64,000 nt of DNA, from contig MNUR01000008.1 in the NCBI GenBank assembly GCA_001871115.1, positions 13,843 through 77,842 on the forward strand, read 5' to 3'. Both the position numbers and the translations under genes were made by a program. This document shows positions 11,029 to 21,914 of the stretch, piece after piece (the first letter of the stretch is position 1; each line of letters begins with the position of its first letter). The notes below the pieces were generated by a model. It was not told the origin of the DNA. It worked only from the letters and a program-made list of their open reading frames with translations, and did no database searches. Source of the stretch: Elusimicrobia bacterium CG1_02_56_21 (lineage in GTDB: Bacteria > Elusimicrobiota > Elusimicrobia > Elusimicrobiales > UBA9959).

Positions 11029-11636
11029 TTTGCCTCCATACTGCGCAAAAGCCGGCCGCGCAATTCCGGCCACAGCCGCGCCAGCCTTCCGTCAAAACTA
11101 TTATCCCAGGACTGCCGGCCCTCGCGGTCCCGCACAAGAACCCCCCCTCTAAATACGGAACTTTCCTCAATGGTCAGAATCAGGCCCTGCCTTCCGCAAA
11201 GCCGCTCTATTTCGGAAGCAAGCCCCGCTGCTCCGCCCATGTCCGCCGGAACAAGAGAGACGACAAATTCTCTCCCTTCCATGCGGCCTATAGCCTGCGC
11301 CGCAAGCGCGGCAAGCGCGGCCGGCTTGTTCTCTGCGGGAAGCAGCCTGAGCGCCTCGGCCTTTATAGAGTCAAGAACCGCTTCCTGCCTGGCCAGGCGC
11401 ATCAGGCCGGCTTCACGCGGAACCGAGGCCAGCAGCGCCTCCCGGCGGCGGCCGGCTTCAGCCAGGGCCGCGGCCGAAATCCCCCGCCCGGTTTCTTCGG
11501 CCCCGGCTTCAGCGTCTGCCAGTATTTTTCCGGCCTCCGCTTCGGCGGCGGAAATAATTTCCGCGCACTCCCTCCGGGCCATCTCCAGTATCTCCCTCTT
11601 CAGCCCCTCGGTATCCCCGAATATTTCCATAACCAT
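11025..11636 (-). CDS. ntpE: V/A-type ATPase subunit E
   Basis: N-terminal Ala/Glu coiled coil, C-terminal GGVLV...DNSFDGRL. Confidence 0.9.
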   Translation of the reverse strand: MVMEIFGDTEGLKREILEMARRECAEIISAAEAEAGKILADAEAGAEETGRGISAAALAEAGRRREALLASVPREAGLMRLARQEAVLDSIKAEALRLLPAENKPAALAALAAQAIGRMEGREFVVSLVPADMGGAAGLASEIERLCGRQGLILTIEESSVFRGGVLVRDREGRQSWDNSFDGRLARLWPELRGRLLRSMEAK

Positions 11637-11711
11637 TTCCTCTCAGTCCCTCTCCCCCGCCAATTTCCTGGAGGGCGGCGAGGGCACCGGTTCGGCGGGC
11701 CCTCCCGGAAG

Positions 11712-11870
11712 CCGGGGCTTGCGTAAGCGAAGGGGTGGACGGGGGTTTGCCCTGCGCACCCTTTGCGGAAAGGGGGCCCCGCCTTAATTTCCCCAGGCGG
11801 GGGGAAACCAAGCAAGGGTTTCCATCTTCCAGGGTGCGCGGGGCAAAACCCCGGCCAGGACCCCCGACCC
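11712..11870. repeat. Structured intergenic element, module A copy 1
   Basis: Outer stem GGGGGTTTGCCCTGCGCACCCT / AGGGTGCGCGGGGCAAAACCCC encloses AGGGGGCCCCGC and GGGGGAAACC-aagcaag-GGTTTCC. Same architecture at 40252-40359. Confidence 0.8.
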
Positions 11871-12113
11871 CTATATCTCCACGATCAGCGGCCGCGCCCG
11901 CTGCAGCCTGATCTCGTTAACCTTCGCGCGCGCCAGCCCCGCCGCGGCGCGGGTCATGATTACCACCCCGCAGTTTTCCCGGGCGGCCGCTTCTTCAAGC
12001 GCTTGCGCAGCCTCTTCCGCGGTTTTCACCTCGCGCCCCTCTACCCCGGCCAGCCGGAAGCCGCGCGCGGTATCTTCGTCGCCGATGCAGTAGAACCTCA
12101 GGATTTCCATCAT
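11871..12113 (-). CDS. V/A-type ATPase subunit F, C-terminally short (80 aa)
   Basis: IGDEDTARGFRLAGV signature; ends PLIVEI-TAG immediately before the repeat element. Confidence 0.88.
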   Translation of the reverse strand: MMEILRFYCIGDEDTARGFRLAGVEGREVKTAEEAAQALEEAAARENCGVVIMTRAAAGLARAKVNEIRLQRARPLIVEI

Positions 12114-12442
12114 ATTTTTCCCACCAGGATGATAGCTATAGCAAAACCGAGGACGGCAAGACCTTCCGCCAGGGCCACAAAAAGAAGGCTGCGCATCAGG
12201 AGCTCCGGCTTTTCAGCGGCCGCCCCCATTGCGGCGGAGCCTATGCGCGCTACAGCGTAAGCCGAGCCGAGCACGCAAAATGACATAGTAAGGGCTGCCG
12301 CAAAACTTAGCCATACTGCCCTGTAATCGCTGCCCATTCCGGCCGCGGCCGCGGTTGCGCCCGGCGCTGCCGCCAGGGCCGCCTGGCACAGCCACAGCAA
12401 GCATACAAGAACTCCGAACAGAAGCGTATATATTCCTTTCAT
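12110..12442 (-). CDS. ntpK: V/A-type ATPase proteolipid subunit K/c (single hairpin) with signal-peptide-like N-terminus
   Basis: AAMGAAAEKPE loop and FVALAEGLAV carboxylate; hydrophobic leader ending in ALA. Confidence 0.92.
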   Translation of the reverse strand: MKGIYTLLFGVLVCLLWLCQAALAAAPGATAAAAGMGSDYRAVWLSFAAALTMSFCVLGSAYAVARIGSAAMGAAAEKPELLMRSLLFVALAEGLAVLGFAIAIILVGKI

Positions 12443-12496
12443 TTATCCCCCTTTATCCGCCATTTTTACCTGCCCGGAAAAACACCGGGGCTTTCT

Positions 12497-14410
12497 TTAC
12501 ATGACGAAAGGCCTGAACGGTCTTCCGCTCCCCTCAAGGAACTTTCCGAAAAATTCATAATACTCAAGACGCAGCGCCTGCACTCCCGCCACCAGCGCCT
12601 CAAAACCTATAGCTGCGGCATTCCCGGCTATAACGGCGAATATCCCGGCCAGGCAATTTTCACCCCAGGAGACGTCCGCGGTGCGCTTCAGGGCCCAGGC
12701 GGCGGACAGCAGCGCGGCGTGGCTCATAGCATAGGCGGCCAGGCGGACAAAACTTACGGTATTAGCCAGATAGAGCAGCGCCCCCTCGAAGGCCCCGACC
12801 AGGGCCCCGGCTCCTACTCCGAATAAACCGTCTTCGCTTGCACTTTTTGCTTCGCGCGGAAGCAGTAAATACCTTAACGGTGCTTTAAGGGCCCAGCACA
12901 CCATCGCCGCAGCTATTAAAGGCAGAGCGAACCCAGCCTGTACCCTGCCTGCAGCCAGCAGCAGCGCTCCCCAGTAAAAAACCAGCCCGGCCGCGCCGAA
13001 TCTATCCAGCACCGCGCCAAGCCGGTCCCCCGTCCGCGCACGGTTCACTATATTGATAATTACGCCAAGACTTATAACTGCGGCCCCTATAAGAACAGCG
13101 GCTGCAAGCAGAGCCAGAGGGTCGCCCGCAAGAGGATCGCGCCAGAGCGCGTATTTTTTAAAATTCTCCAGGCCGAAAAAACTGCCGTACACCAAGCCGA
13201 AAAATATAGAAGACATGCCGCAGACAAAAACCGCCCTGCCGGCCTCAGGAGCTTTGACCTGCCGCAGACGCGCCAGCCAGTACCCTGCCAGGCAGAGCGC
13301 TGCGCCGTGCCCGGCATCCCCGAACATCATCCCGAACATAAGCAGAAAGCTCAGCGCGCTGAAAACGGTAGGATCCGCCTCGCCATAGCGCGGAAGGCCG
13401 TAGCCTGTAACCAGCGCCGCAAAAGGCCGGAGCAAACGGGGAGGATTCAGTTTTACAGGCGGTTCTCCCCCGGGAGCGGCGGGACTTGTCGCCAGCGCGC
13501 AGCGCCGTCGGGAAACCCTGCCCAGCTCTTTTTTTACCCGGTCCGAATCCTCTTCCGGGACCCAGCCGGAAATATAAAAAGAAGCGCCGGTCCCGGGAAA
13601 AAACTGCTCAGCTTCCAGCAATCGCGCTTCGGTCACCGCGGCTCTTCCGGCCGCCTCAAGCGGGCCGGCAGCGGCCGCCGCCAGCGAGGAAATTTCCTCC
13701 CCGGCAAGCTCAAGGGCGCGCTTGACGCGCCCGGCCTCGTAGTAATATTTTGCAGCCGCCCCGCCCAGAGCTTTTTCTTCTCCGGGAGCAAGCTCCTCCG
13801 CACGGAACCCGGCGGCTTCCAGGCCGGCCGTTAAAACCGCGCCTGAGCACCTGCCTCCCAGAACGGCTATATAACTGCGGCCTTCTTTTTCACCCAGCTG
13901 CGCCAGGACTGAAGTTCCCGCTATCTTTGCCCGCAGCGCGGCCAGGCCGGCGGCGGGCACGCTCCCTGCGGCTGAGTAGAGATAAGAAAAATTCCCGGCT
14001 ATTCCGGCCGGCAGCGGCAGCCCGAGGTAAACTGACAGTCTTTCGCTTTCAGCCGAGAGTCTCTTATACTCGGCTCTCAGGCCGCGCAGAGAGCCGAGCG
14101 GGGAGGCTGCCTTTAATTCCAAATCTTCCAGCGCTGCGGCCGCGGCCTTAAGATCCATTTCCGGGGCCGGGGACAGGGCGCCCGGAACTAAACCAAGCTG
14201 CGCGCGCAGCGCTTCAACCCGGCCGAGAAAAGCCGCGCAATCGGCCAGGGCGAGACTGTTATCGGCCGCGGCCGAAGGAGCTGTATCCGGTCCGGGAGCG
14301 GCCCGCGCAAATTCCACCGCTTCAACCGCGCCGATGCAGTTCAGTACCGAACGCGCGTCTTTTTTCAGCAGTACCCCCTCAAGACGCGACATTTTAACAA
14401 GGTTAAACAT
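12497..14410 (-). CDS. ntpI: V/A-type ATPase subunit I/a
   Basis: YGLPRYGEADPT, FGMMFGDAGHG, NTVSFVRLAA (essential Arg), LRLEYYEFFGKF. Confidence 0.95.
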   Translation of the reverse strand: MFNLVKMSRLEGVLLKKDARSVLNCIGAVEAVEFARAAPGPDTAPSAAADNSLALADCAAFLGRVEALRAQLGLVPGALSPAPEMDLKAAAAALEDLELKAASPLGSLRGLRAEYKRLSAESERLSVYLGLPLPAGIAGNFSYLYSAAGSVPAAGLAALRAKIAGTSVLAQLGEKEGRSYIAVLGGRCSGAVLTAGLEAAGFRAEELAPGEEKALGGAAAKYYYEAGRVKRALELAGEEISSLAAAAAGPLEAAGRAAVTEARLLEAEQFFPGTGASFYISGWVPEEDSDRVKKELGRVSRRRCALATSPAAPGGEPPVKLNPPRLLRPFAALVTGYGLPRYGEADPTVFSALSFLLMFGMMFGDAGHGAALCLAGYWLARLRQVKAPEAGRAVFVCGMSSIFFGLVYGSFFGLENFKKYALWRDPLAGDPLALLAAAVLIGAAVISLGVIINIVNRARTGDRLGAVLDRFGAAGLVFYWGALLLAAGRVQAGFALPLIAAAMVCWALKAPLRYLLLPREAKSASEDGLFGVGAGALVGAFEGALLYLANTVSFVRLAAYAMSHAALLSAAWALKRTADVSWGENCLAGIFAVIAGNAAAIGFEALVAGVQALRLEYYEFFGKFLEGSGRPFRPFVM

Positions 14411-15416
14411 CGGGCCTCCCCAGGCGGGGCAGCATGCGCCCGGCCAGTTCCCCGGAGTTCACTCCCAGGCGCAGGCCTTCGGCAACCGTGATCAGATTGG
14501 CGGTTTCAAGACGGCGCAGGGCGAGGTAGCCCGCGACCGCCCCGAAGCCTACAGGTGCGCCCCGGAACGCCCTCATTGCCAGTTTTGCGTAACGGTCCCA
14601 GGCCAGGACCTCAAGCGCCCCCGCTTCCGGCTCTTCGGGCCCGGCATTAACGGCCGACCCCGCGGCCAGCGCGCGCAGCGCTCCTACGCCGGACGCGGAC
14701 AGCATGGCTAAAAATTTGCGCCGGTCCAGCCTTGATCCGGCTGCGAAAAGACCGAGCAGCTCCTTTTTTTCCAGACCGTAAAAAAACCTGCCCCTGGCCG
14801 CCAGCATCAGGTTGAAAACCGCTATTTCATGACGCACCAGCGGGGCGGAATATTCCCGGTCGGCCTTGTTCAGCGCGTTCAGGCGGACCAGCATTTCCCC
14901 GAGATAAGCCCGGTCCAGGGCCGCCTCGCGGAAAAAAGACCGGCTTCTGTCGGGATAAACTAAATATGCCTCCTCAAGCGCCCGCTTTAATATCCCCGGG
15001 GCCATAGACTTTACAAACTGTTCCGGGGTTTCCGCCGCCGGCCCGTCATTCCGGCGCCGGCCCGGCAAGGGGATCATATCAGGAAAATATTTTTCGGGGC
15101 TTAAACCCGCTCCCAGGCCCCTGATAACCACCTTAAGGTTCTCTACCTCAAGCCTGGCCGCGAGCCATTCCACGAAGCGCCCCCGGGCATTCCCTAAAGC
15201 CGAGGCCAGCTCCATAACCTCGGAATAGAAATCTCCTGACACGCGGAGCTGTACTTGGCGCGAGCCGCTGAGGCGCGGGCCTGTGATAATAGCGGCAGAA
15301 AGGGACTCCGGCGACTCCAGGGCGCAAAGGCCGCGCAGCCGGCCGCCTTCGGCAAGGCGGGAACGGCGGCCGTGCAGGCGGGCGGACAGATCGTCCAGGT
15401 CCCTCGTTTTTATCAA
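14403..15416 (-). CDS. ntpC: V/A-type ATPase subunit C/d
   Basis: ARLHGRRSRL, EVENLKVVIRG, EAALDRAY, ETANLITVAEG. Confidence 0.85.
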   Translation of the reverse strand: MIKTRDLDDLSARLHGRRSRLAEGGRLRGLCALESPESLSAAIITGPRLSGSRQVQLRVSGDFYSEVMELASALGNARGRFVEWLAARLEVENLKVVIRGLGAGLSPEKYFPDMIPLPGRRRNDGPAAETPEQFVKSMAPGILKRALEEAYLVYPDRSRSFFREAALDRAYLGEMLVRLNALNKADREYSAPLVRHEIAVFNLMLAARGRFFYGLEKKELLGLFAAGSRLDRRKFLAMLSASGVGALRALAAGSAVNAGPEEPEAGALEVLAWDRYAKLAMRAFRGAPVGFGAVAGYLALRRLETANLITVAEGLRLGVNSGELAGRMLPRLGRPDV

Positions 15417-15432
15417 AATTCCCCCCCCGGAA

Positions 15433-15744
15433 CTATAAACCCAGCAAACGCCGCAATACTTCTTCAGCCGCCCCGCGGATTACGCCCTCGTCCGCCCGGA
15501 AAGCTTTCTCAATTTCAGCTTCGGCGGCTGCCAGGAGAGAAGTTCTTTCCGCTTCAGACGCCGCCATCGCGGCGGCAGCGGCCGCCCCCGCTTCCACGCG
15601 GGCCTCTGCCAGCGCGGCGGTTGAAATCCTGGCGGCCTTTTTTCTGGCCTCCGACACAATTTCGGCGGCCCGCAGCCGCGCTGCCGCAGCCTCTCGGCTG
15701 CCCGTTTCCTCGGCCGCCAGTATACCTGCTATAAGTTCACGCAT
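15433..15744 (-). CDS. V/A-type ATPase peripheral stalk subunit G/H
   Basis: Ala/Glu/Arg-rich coiled coil; first gene of the operon. Confidence 0.7.
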   Translation of the reverse strand: MRELIAGILAAEETGSREAAAARLRAAEIVSEARKKAARISTAALAEARVEAGAAAAAAMAASEAERTSLLAAAEAEIEKAFRADEGVIRGAAEEVLRRLLGL

Positions 15745-15868
15745 ATTTGACCACCGGAAAAATCACAGGGCAAAGCAAGAAAGCAAAGCCGGGCACGGCC
15801 CTGCATACGCTTCTATATATTATTGTTCCCCTAACCTCAATCTAGCAAAACAGCCATAAAATAGCAAT

Positions 15869-15900
15869 AAAAAAATACCCCGCGGGGGCGGGGTATTTTT
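15869..15900. terminator. Intrinsic terminator after the F-type atp operon
   Basis: AAAAAATACCCCGC-ggg-GCGGGGTATTTTT hairpin with U tracts on both sides. Confidence 0.8.
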
Positions 15901-15917
15901 AACGGCCCTGGGGCGCA

Positions 15918-16343
15918 TTACTTCTTGTGCGTTCGCCTGAACTCCGCCAGTTTAAGACGGACGGCGGCCCGGCGCAGCGCCGCGTTAGCCTCGTCCAGGT
16001 CCAGGTCGGCCCCCTGAACGGCAAGGGACTGCTTGGCCTTCTGGTAAGCCTGCCGCGCGCGCTCTTCGTCCACTTCCCTGGAAAGTTCCGCCGCCTCGGC
16101 CAGGACCATTACTTTATCCTGGTGTATCTCGGCAAAACCGCTGAGCACGGCAAAAACCTCTTTGTGCTGGCCTTCTTTATAATGCATCAGGCCTTCCTTG
16201 AGCTGCACCACAAAAGACGCGTGTCCCGGCAGCACGCCCATTTCGCCGCCGCAGGCCGGTATGGTTACGGCCTCTACCGGCTTATCCGAGAGCACGGTCT
16301 TCTCGGGAGTGACGATGGTAAGAAGGAGATGATTTTTTTCCAT
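15918..16343 (-). CDS. atpC: F1 ATP synthase epsilon subunit
   Basis: LTIVTPEK, GEMGVLPGHA, VLAEAAE...DEERARQA. Confidence 0.95.
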   Translation of the reverse strand: MEKNHLLLTIVTPEKTVLSDKPVEAVTIPACGGEMGVLPGHASFVVQLKEGLMHYKEGQHKEVFAVLSGFAEIHQDKVMVLAEAAELSREVDEERARQAYQKAKQSLAVQGADLDLDEANAALRRAAVRLKLAEFRRTHKK

Positions 16344-16361
16344 ATTCCGGCCTGTAACGGC

Positions 16362-17828
<1,467 letters not shown>

Positions 17829-17884
17829 TCATCAGGTTCGGCGCACTTTATGACCAATACTCCAATCTTCCAATCCTTAGTCCT

Positions 17885-18787
17885 CTATCCCCCCAGCGCT
17901 TCCGCTCCGCTGACAATTTCATTCAGCTCGGTGGTGATCATCGCCTGGCGGGTCTTGTTCATCTTCAAAGTGAGGCCTTCAATAAGCTCCGTGGCGTTCT
18001 TGGAGGCGGATTCCATCGCGTTCATGCGGGCGGCCAGTTCGGCGGCCTGGGACTCAAGGAGCGTCCGGTAAAGCTGCGCGCCTATGTGGCGGGGGAGCAA
18101 AGCCGAGAGCAGCTCCGCTTTGCGCGGCTCAAAAGAGAAAACTCCGCATTGGCCCGTACTACAGGTTTTTTTCTCCAGGACGCTGCGCTTAAGGGGCAGC
18201 AGGCGGCCGGTCACTATTTGCTGGGTCATCATCGACTTGAATTCGTTATAAATAAGGGTGACGCTCTCTACATTCTTATCAGAGTAAAGCTTCAGCAGCT
18301 CGTCTACCAGGAGCTGGGCGTGGACATAGCCGGCCTTGGGAAAAATCCCGACCATCTCGTGGATTATCTCCAGGTCAAGGCCTTTCAGGCGGTGAAGGAA
18401 ATCCCGCCCTTTACGCCCGACCGTGACCACGCGGATCTTCCGGCCGCGGTTCTCTTTAAGCCAGGCGGCGGCCGCTTTAAGGAGATTGGTATTGAAAGAA
18501 CCGCAAAGCCCCTTGTCGGCGGTAACCAGGACAAGGCAAAGGGTTCCGCCTTCGGCCCGCTCCTCGAAAAGCTCGTGGGCCGGTGTCCCGGCGAGGTCCG
18601 CCTCGCCAAGCTCGCTGTAAAGGTCCTCTATCAGGGTCTCCATCTTCAGCGCGAACGGCCGCGAGGCCAGTATTGCGCCCTGCGCGCGCTTGATGCGCGC
18701 CGCCGCCACCATCTTCATGGCGTAGGTGATCTGCTTGATGCTCTTGATAGAAGAGATGTTTTTCTTAATATCGCGTAAAGAAGCCAT
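17885..18787 (-). CDS. atpG: F1 ATP synthase gamma subunit
   Basis: ITYAMKMVAAA, DKGLCGSFN, RQAMITTELNEIVSGAEAL. Confidence 0.98.
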   Translation of the reverse strand: MASLRDIKKNISSIKSIKQITYAMKMVAAARIKRAQGAILASRPFALKMETLIEDLYSELGEADLAGTPAHELFEERAEGGTLCLVLVTADKGLCGSFNTNLLKAAAAWLKENRGRKIRVVTVGRKGRDFLHRLKGLDLEIIHEMVGIFPKAGYVHAQLLVDELLKLYSDKNVESVTLIYNEFKSMMTQQIVTGRLLPLKRSVLEKKTCSTGQCGVFSFEPRKAELLSALLPRHIGAQLYRTLLESQAAELAARMNAMESASKNATELIEGLTLKMNKTRQAMITTELNEIVSGAEALGG

Positions 18788-18798
18788 AAATTTTAAAT

Positions 18799-18890
18799 AA
18801 ATCGGGAATCGGGAATCGGGAGTCGGGAATCTTGGTATTGGGGAATCTTATTCATTGATTTTCGATTTTCGATTTCAGATTTCCGATTTT
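18799..18890. repeat. GGGAATC heptamer array with inverted GATTTTC-type array
   Basis: ATCGGGAATCGGGAATCGGGAGTCGGGAATC ... GATTTTCGATTTTCGATTTCAGATTTCCGATT in the hldD-atpG gap. Confidence 0.8.
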
Positions 18891-19815
18891 AGATTTTCCC
18901 CATCTTCTCCATTATCTTAACGTAATCGGCTATCCCGTCGGAGAGGCTCCATTCGGGCCTGTAGTTCAAATGGGCCTTGGCCTGCCGGAGGTCGGCCTGG
19001 GTCCTGTTCTGGTAAAAAGCGTAAGGGTTGTCGAAATATTCCGGAGCCAGGTCCAGCCCCATGGCCTTATTCAGGGCCTCGACAATATCGTTGAAATTGC
19101 CGGGCTTGCCGCTGGCCAAATTGCAGACGCAGGATTTTTCCGCGTCCAGGGCGTTGAGGTTGCCGCGCACTATGTCTTTTACGTAAACAAAGTCGCGCAC
19201 CTGCTCTCCGAACTTGAAAATACGCGGCCGTTTGCCCGCTTTCATCTGGTTGTAAAGCTGGAACATCATGCTGGCCGCGTGGCCTTTGTAATATTCGCGC
19301 GGGCCGTACACGTTGAAATAGCGCAGTCCTACGAGCGTCATATCCTTGTGCGCCGCGGAGAACTCGCGCGCCGCGTTGTCCATGATAGCTTTGGAAAAAC
19401 CGTAAATATTCTCCGGAGTAGGGCTCTGGGCTTCGTGCATAGGGCACTTGCCGTTGCCGTAGACCGCGGCCGATGAGGCATAAACCACCCGCTTCACCCC
19501 GAATTTAAGGGCGTAAGCCAGCACGCTGCGCAGGCCGTCCACGTTCGCTTCCATCATCTTCCGCTGGTCGTGTACCGTGGTGTCGGTTATAGCGGCTTCA
19601 TGGAAGACAGCGTCTGCCGGGCCGGCCTTGTCGTACCAGTCTGAGCTCTGCACGTCCCCGGCGACTATGTCCCCGGTAAATCCCAGCAGGTTCTTGTAAT
19701 TGCCGGAGGAAAAATTATCCAGCACCGTAACTTTGGCCTTGCGCTCGCCTTCAAGCGCAAAAGCCAGGTTGGAGCCTATAAAGCCCGCTCCGCCGGTGAC
19801 AAGATATTTTTTCAT
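18889..19815 (-). CDS. hldD: ADP-L-glycero-D-manno-heptose 6-epimerase
   Basis: VTGGAGFIGSNL, FHEAAITDTT, YASSAAVYG, YGFSK, GLRYFNVYGPREYYKG, RDFVYVKD, TQADL. Confidence 0.88.
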   Translation of the reverse strand: MKKYLVTGGAGFIGSNLAFALEGERKAKVTVLDNFSSGNYKNLLGFTGDIVAGDVQSSDWYDKAGPADAVFHEAAITDTTVHDQRKMMEANVDGLRSVLAYALKFGVKRVVYASSAAVYGNGKCPMHEAQSPTPENIYGFSKAIMDNAAREFSAAHKDMTLVGLRYFNVYGPREYYKGHAASMMFQLYNQMKAGKRPRIFKFGEQVRDFVYVKDIVRGNLNALDAEKSCVCNLASGKPGNFNDIVEALNKAMGLDLAPEYFDNPYAFYQNRTQADLRQAKAHLNYRPEWSLSDGIADYVKIMEKMGKI

Positions 19816-19822
19816 TCAGTTC

Positions 19823-21337
19823 TCAGGCCGCTTTTTTCTTATAATCCGTGATCGCGTCGCCCAGGCGCTTTTCAAGGTCCTCGTCCAGCTGCTTTTTAGT
19901 GATGATATCGGTGAGCAGGTTGGCGTAGGAGGCGTGCATGAACTTGATCAGCCCGGCTTCAAAAGTGCGGACTTTCTCGATCTCTACGTCGTCGAGGTAG
20001 CCGCGGGTACCGGCGAACAGTACCACTACCTGGTCCTGGGCCGGCAGCGGGCTGTACTGGTCCTGTTTAAGCAGTTCCACCATCCGCTGGCCGCGCCGGA
20101 GCATCTCCGTGCTGGCCTTGTCCAGGTCGGAACCGAACTGCGCGAAAGCCGCGAGCTCGTTGTACTGGGCCAGGTCCAGGCGCAGTTTACCCGCCACCTG
20201 GCGCATGGCCTTTATCTGGGCCGAGCCGCCTACGCGCGATACCGAGATACCCACATTCACGGCGGGCTTTATGCCGGCGTGGAAAAGGCTGGACTCAAGG
20301 TAGATCTGGCCGTCCGTGATGGAAATAACATTGGTGGGGATATAGGCCGTGACGTCGCTGGCCTGGGTCTCTATTATAGGGAGCGCAGTAAGGGAGCCGC
20401 CGCCGTGCTGGTCGTTCATTTTGCAGGCGCGCTCGAGCAGGCGGGAGTGGAGATAGAACACGTCGCCGGGATAGGCTTCGCGGCCGGGCGGGCGCCGCAG
20501 GAGCAAAGACATCTGGCGGTAGGACTGGGCGTGCTTGGACAGGTCGTCGTAGATGACCAGGGCGTGCTTGCCCTGCCACATGAATTCCTCGCCTATGGCG
20601 CAGCCGGTATAGGGCGCGAGATAAAGCATTGAAGCGGGCTGGGCCGCGGAAGCCGACACTATTATCGAATACTCCATAGCGCCGTTGTCTTCAAGTATTT
20701 TCGCCACGCGGGCAACGGTGGATTCTTTCTGGCCTACGGCCACGTAAATACAGACGGGGCGGCTTTCTTTAGGCTCATTCTTCTGGTTGATTATAGCGTC
20801 CAGGGCCACGGCGGTCTTGCCGGTCTGGCGGTCTCCTATGATGAGCTCGCGCTGGCCGCGGCCTATCGGGATCATCGCGTCTATAGCCTTAAGGCCGGTC
20901 TGCAGGGGCTCTTTAACGGGAGCGCGCTCCACGACTCCGGGGGCGATAACCTCTACGGGGCGCTTCTTCCTGGCGTTAATCGGGCCTTTTCCGTCTATGG
21001 GGTTGCCCAGCGCGTCCACTACGCGGCCTATCATTTCGGGCCCGACGGGGACTTCCATTACGCGGCCGGTGCGCTTCACGCGGTCGCCTTCTTTTATCAG
21101 GGTGTCGGAACCCAGGACCACGGCGCCGACATTTTCGCGCTCGATATTGAGCACCATGCCCGTTACGCCGCCCTCAAATTCTATCAGCTCGCCCACCAGG
21201 GCGCTGCTCAGGCCGTAAACGCGGGCGATGCCGTCTCCCACCTGCAGCACCTGCCCGGTTTCGGACAGCTGGGCTTCGGGGATAAATTTTTCAATCCGCC
21301 CTTTGATGATTTCTGTGATTTCTTCAGGTCGTATCAT
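19823..21337 (-). CDS. atpA: F1 ATP synthase alpha subunit
   Basis: [41 protein letters not shown]. Confidence 0.99.
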   Translation of the reverse strand: MIRPEEITEIIKGRIEKFIPEAQLSETGQVLQVGDGIARVYGLSSALVGELIEFEGGVTGMVLNIERENVGAVVLGSDTLIKEGDRVKRTGRVMEVPVGPEMIGRVVDALGNPIDGKGPINARKKRPVEVIAPGVVERAPVKEPLQTGLKAIDAMIPIGRGQRELIIGDRQTGKTAVALDAIINQKNEPKESRPVCIYVAVGQKESTVARVAKILEDNGAMEYSIIVSASAAQPASMLYLAPYTGCAIGEEFMWQGKHALVIYDDLSKHAQSYRQMSLLLRRPPGREAYPGDVFYLHSRLLERACKMNDQHGGGSLTALPIIETQASDVTAYIPTNVISITDGQIYLESSLFHAGIKPAVNVGISVSRVGGSAQIKAMRQVAGKLRLDLAQYNELAAFAQFGSDLDKASTEMLRRGQRMVELLKQDQYSPLPAQDQVVVLFAGTRGYLDDVEIEKVRTFEAGLIKFMHASYANLLTDIITKKQLDEDLEKRLGDAITDYKKKAA

Positions 21338-21359
21338 AGGATCCTTTTAGGACAATTAC

Positions 21360-21914
21360 TTAGCCTTTGGTAAGTTCCGCGCGCAGGGCATTAAGTCTGC
21401 CGCGCACGGTGGCGTCTATCAAAGTGTCGCCTACTTTTATCTCGAAGCCGCCCAGGATGCGCCCCGAGACCACGTTAAGAAGCGCTATTTTTCTGTGTTC
21501 GGGCCCGGACAGCAGGGTGATTATCCGCTTCAGCTCGCCTTCGGAAAGCTGGTACTGGCTGTGAACCTCGGCCCGTATCAGGCCGCTGAAGCTGTCGCTC
21601 AGGGCGAGTGAATCTTTTATTATCTGTTCGAACAGCCCGAAGCGCCCCTGGCGGACTAGCAGGCCGGCGAAGTCGGAGGCCGGACCGGCTTCTCCGGGCT
21701 TAAGCATCTTCGCCATGACTTCCAGCTTTACCTCGCTGCTGACCGCGGGGTGGGTAAGAACCTTCTTGTGCATCCGCGTCGCCTCAAAAACCAGGCGCAG
21801 GCCTTCCATCTTGGCCCTGGCCCCGGCTTCAAGGGCAGCGCTGTGCTTCTTTCCGTCCAGGCCCATATAGGCTCTGGCGTAGCGCTTTGAGAGTATTTTG
21901 GCGCTCGAATCCAT
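21360..21914 (-). CDS. atpH: F1 ATP synthase delta subunit
   Basis: KRYARA, ILGGFEIKVGDTLIDATVRGRL. Confidence 0.92.
   Translation of the reverse strand: MDSSAKILSKRYARAYMGLDGKKHSAALEAGARAKMEGLRLVFEATRMHKKVLTHPAVSSEVKLEVMAKMLKPGEAGPASDFAGLLVRQGRFGLFEQIIKDSLALSDSFSGLIRAEVHSQYQLSEGELKRIITLLSGPEHRKIALLNVVSGRILGGFEIKVGDTLIDATVRGRLNALRAELTKG

Noticed and set aside
11640-11873. TAG plus hairpin read as pyrrolysine readthrough or T4 gene 60-type ribosomal bypass
   Set aside because: No matching ATA landing codon was found and there are no pyl genes in the window. The same element also follows the intact nifU stop, so simple insertion is more parsimonious.
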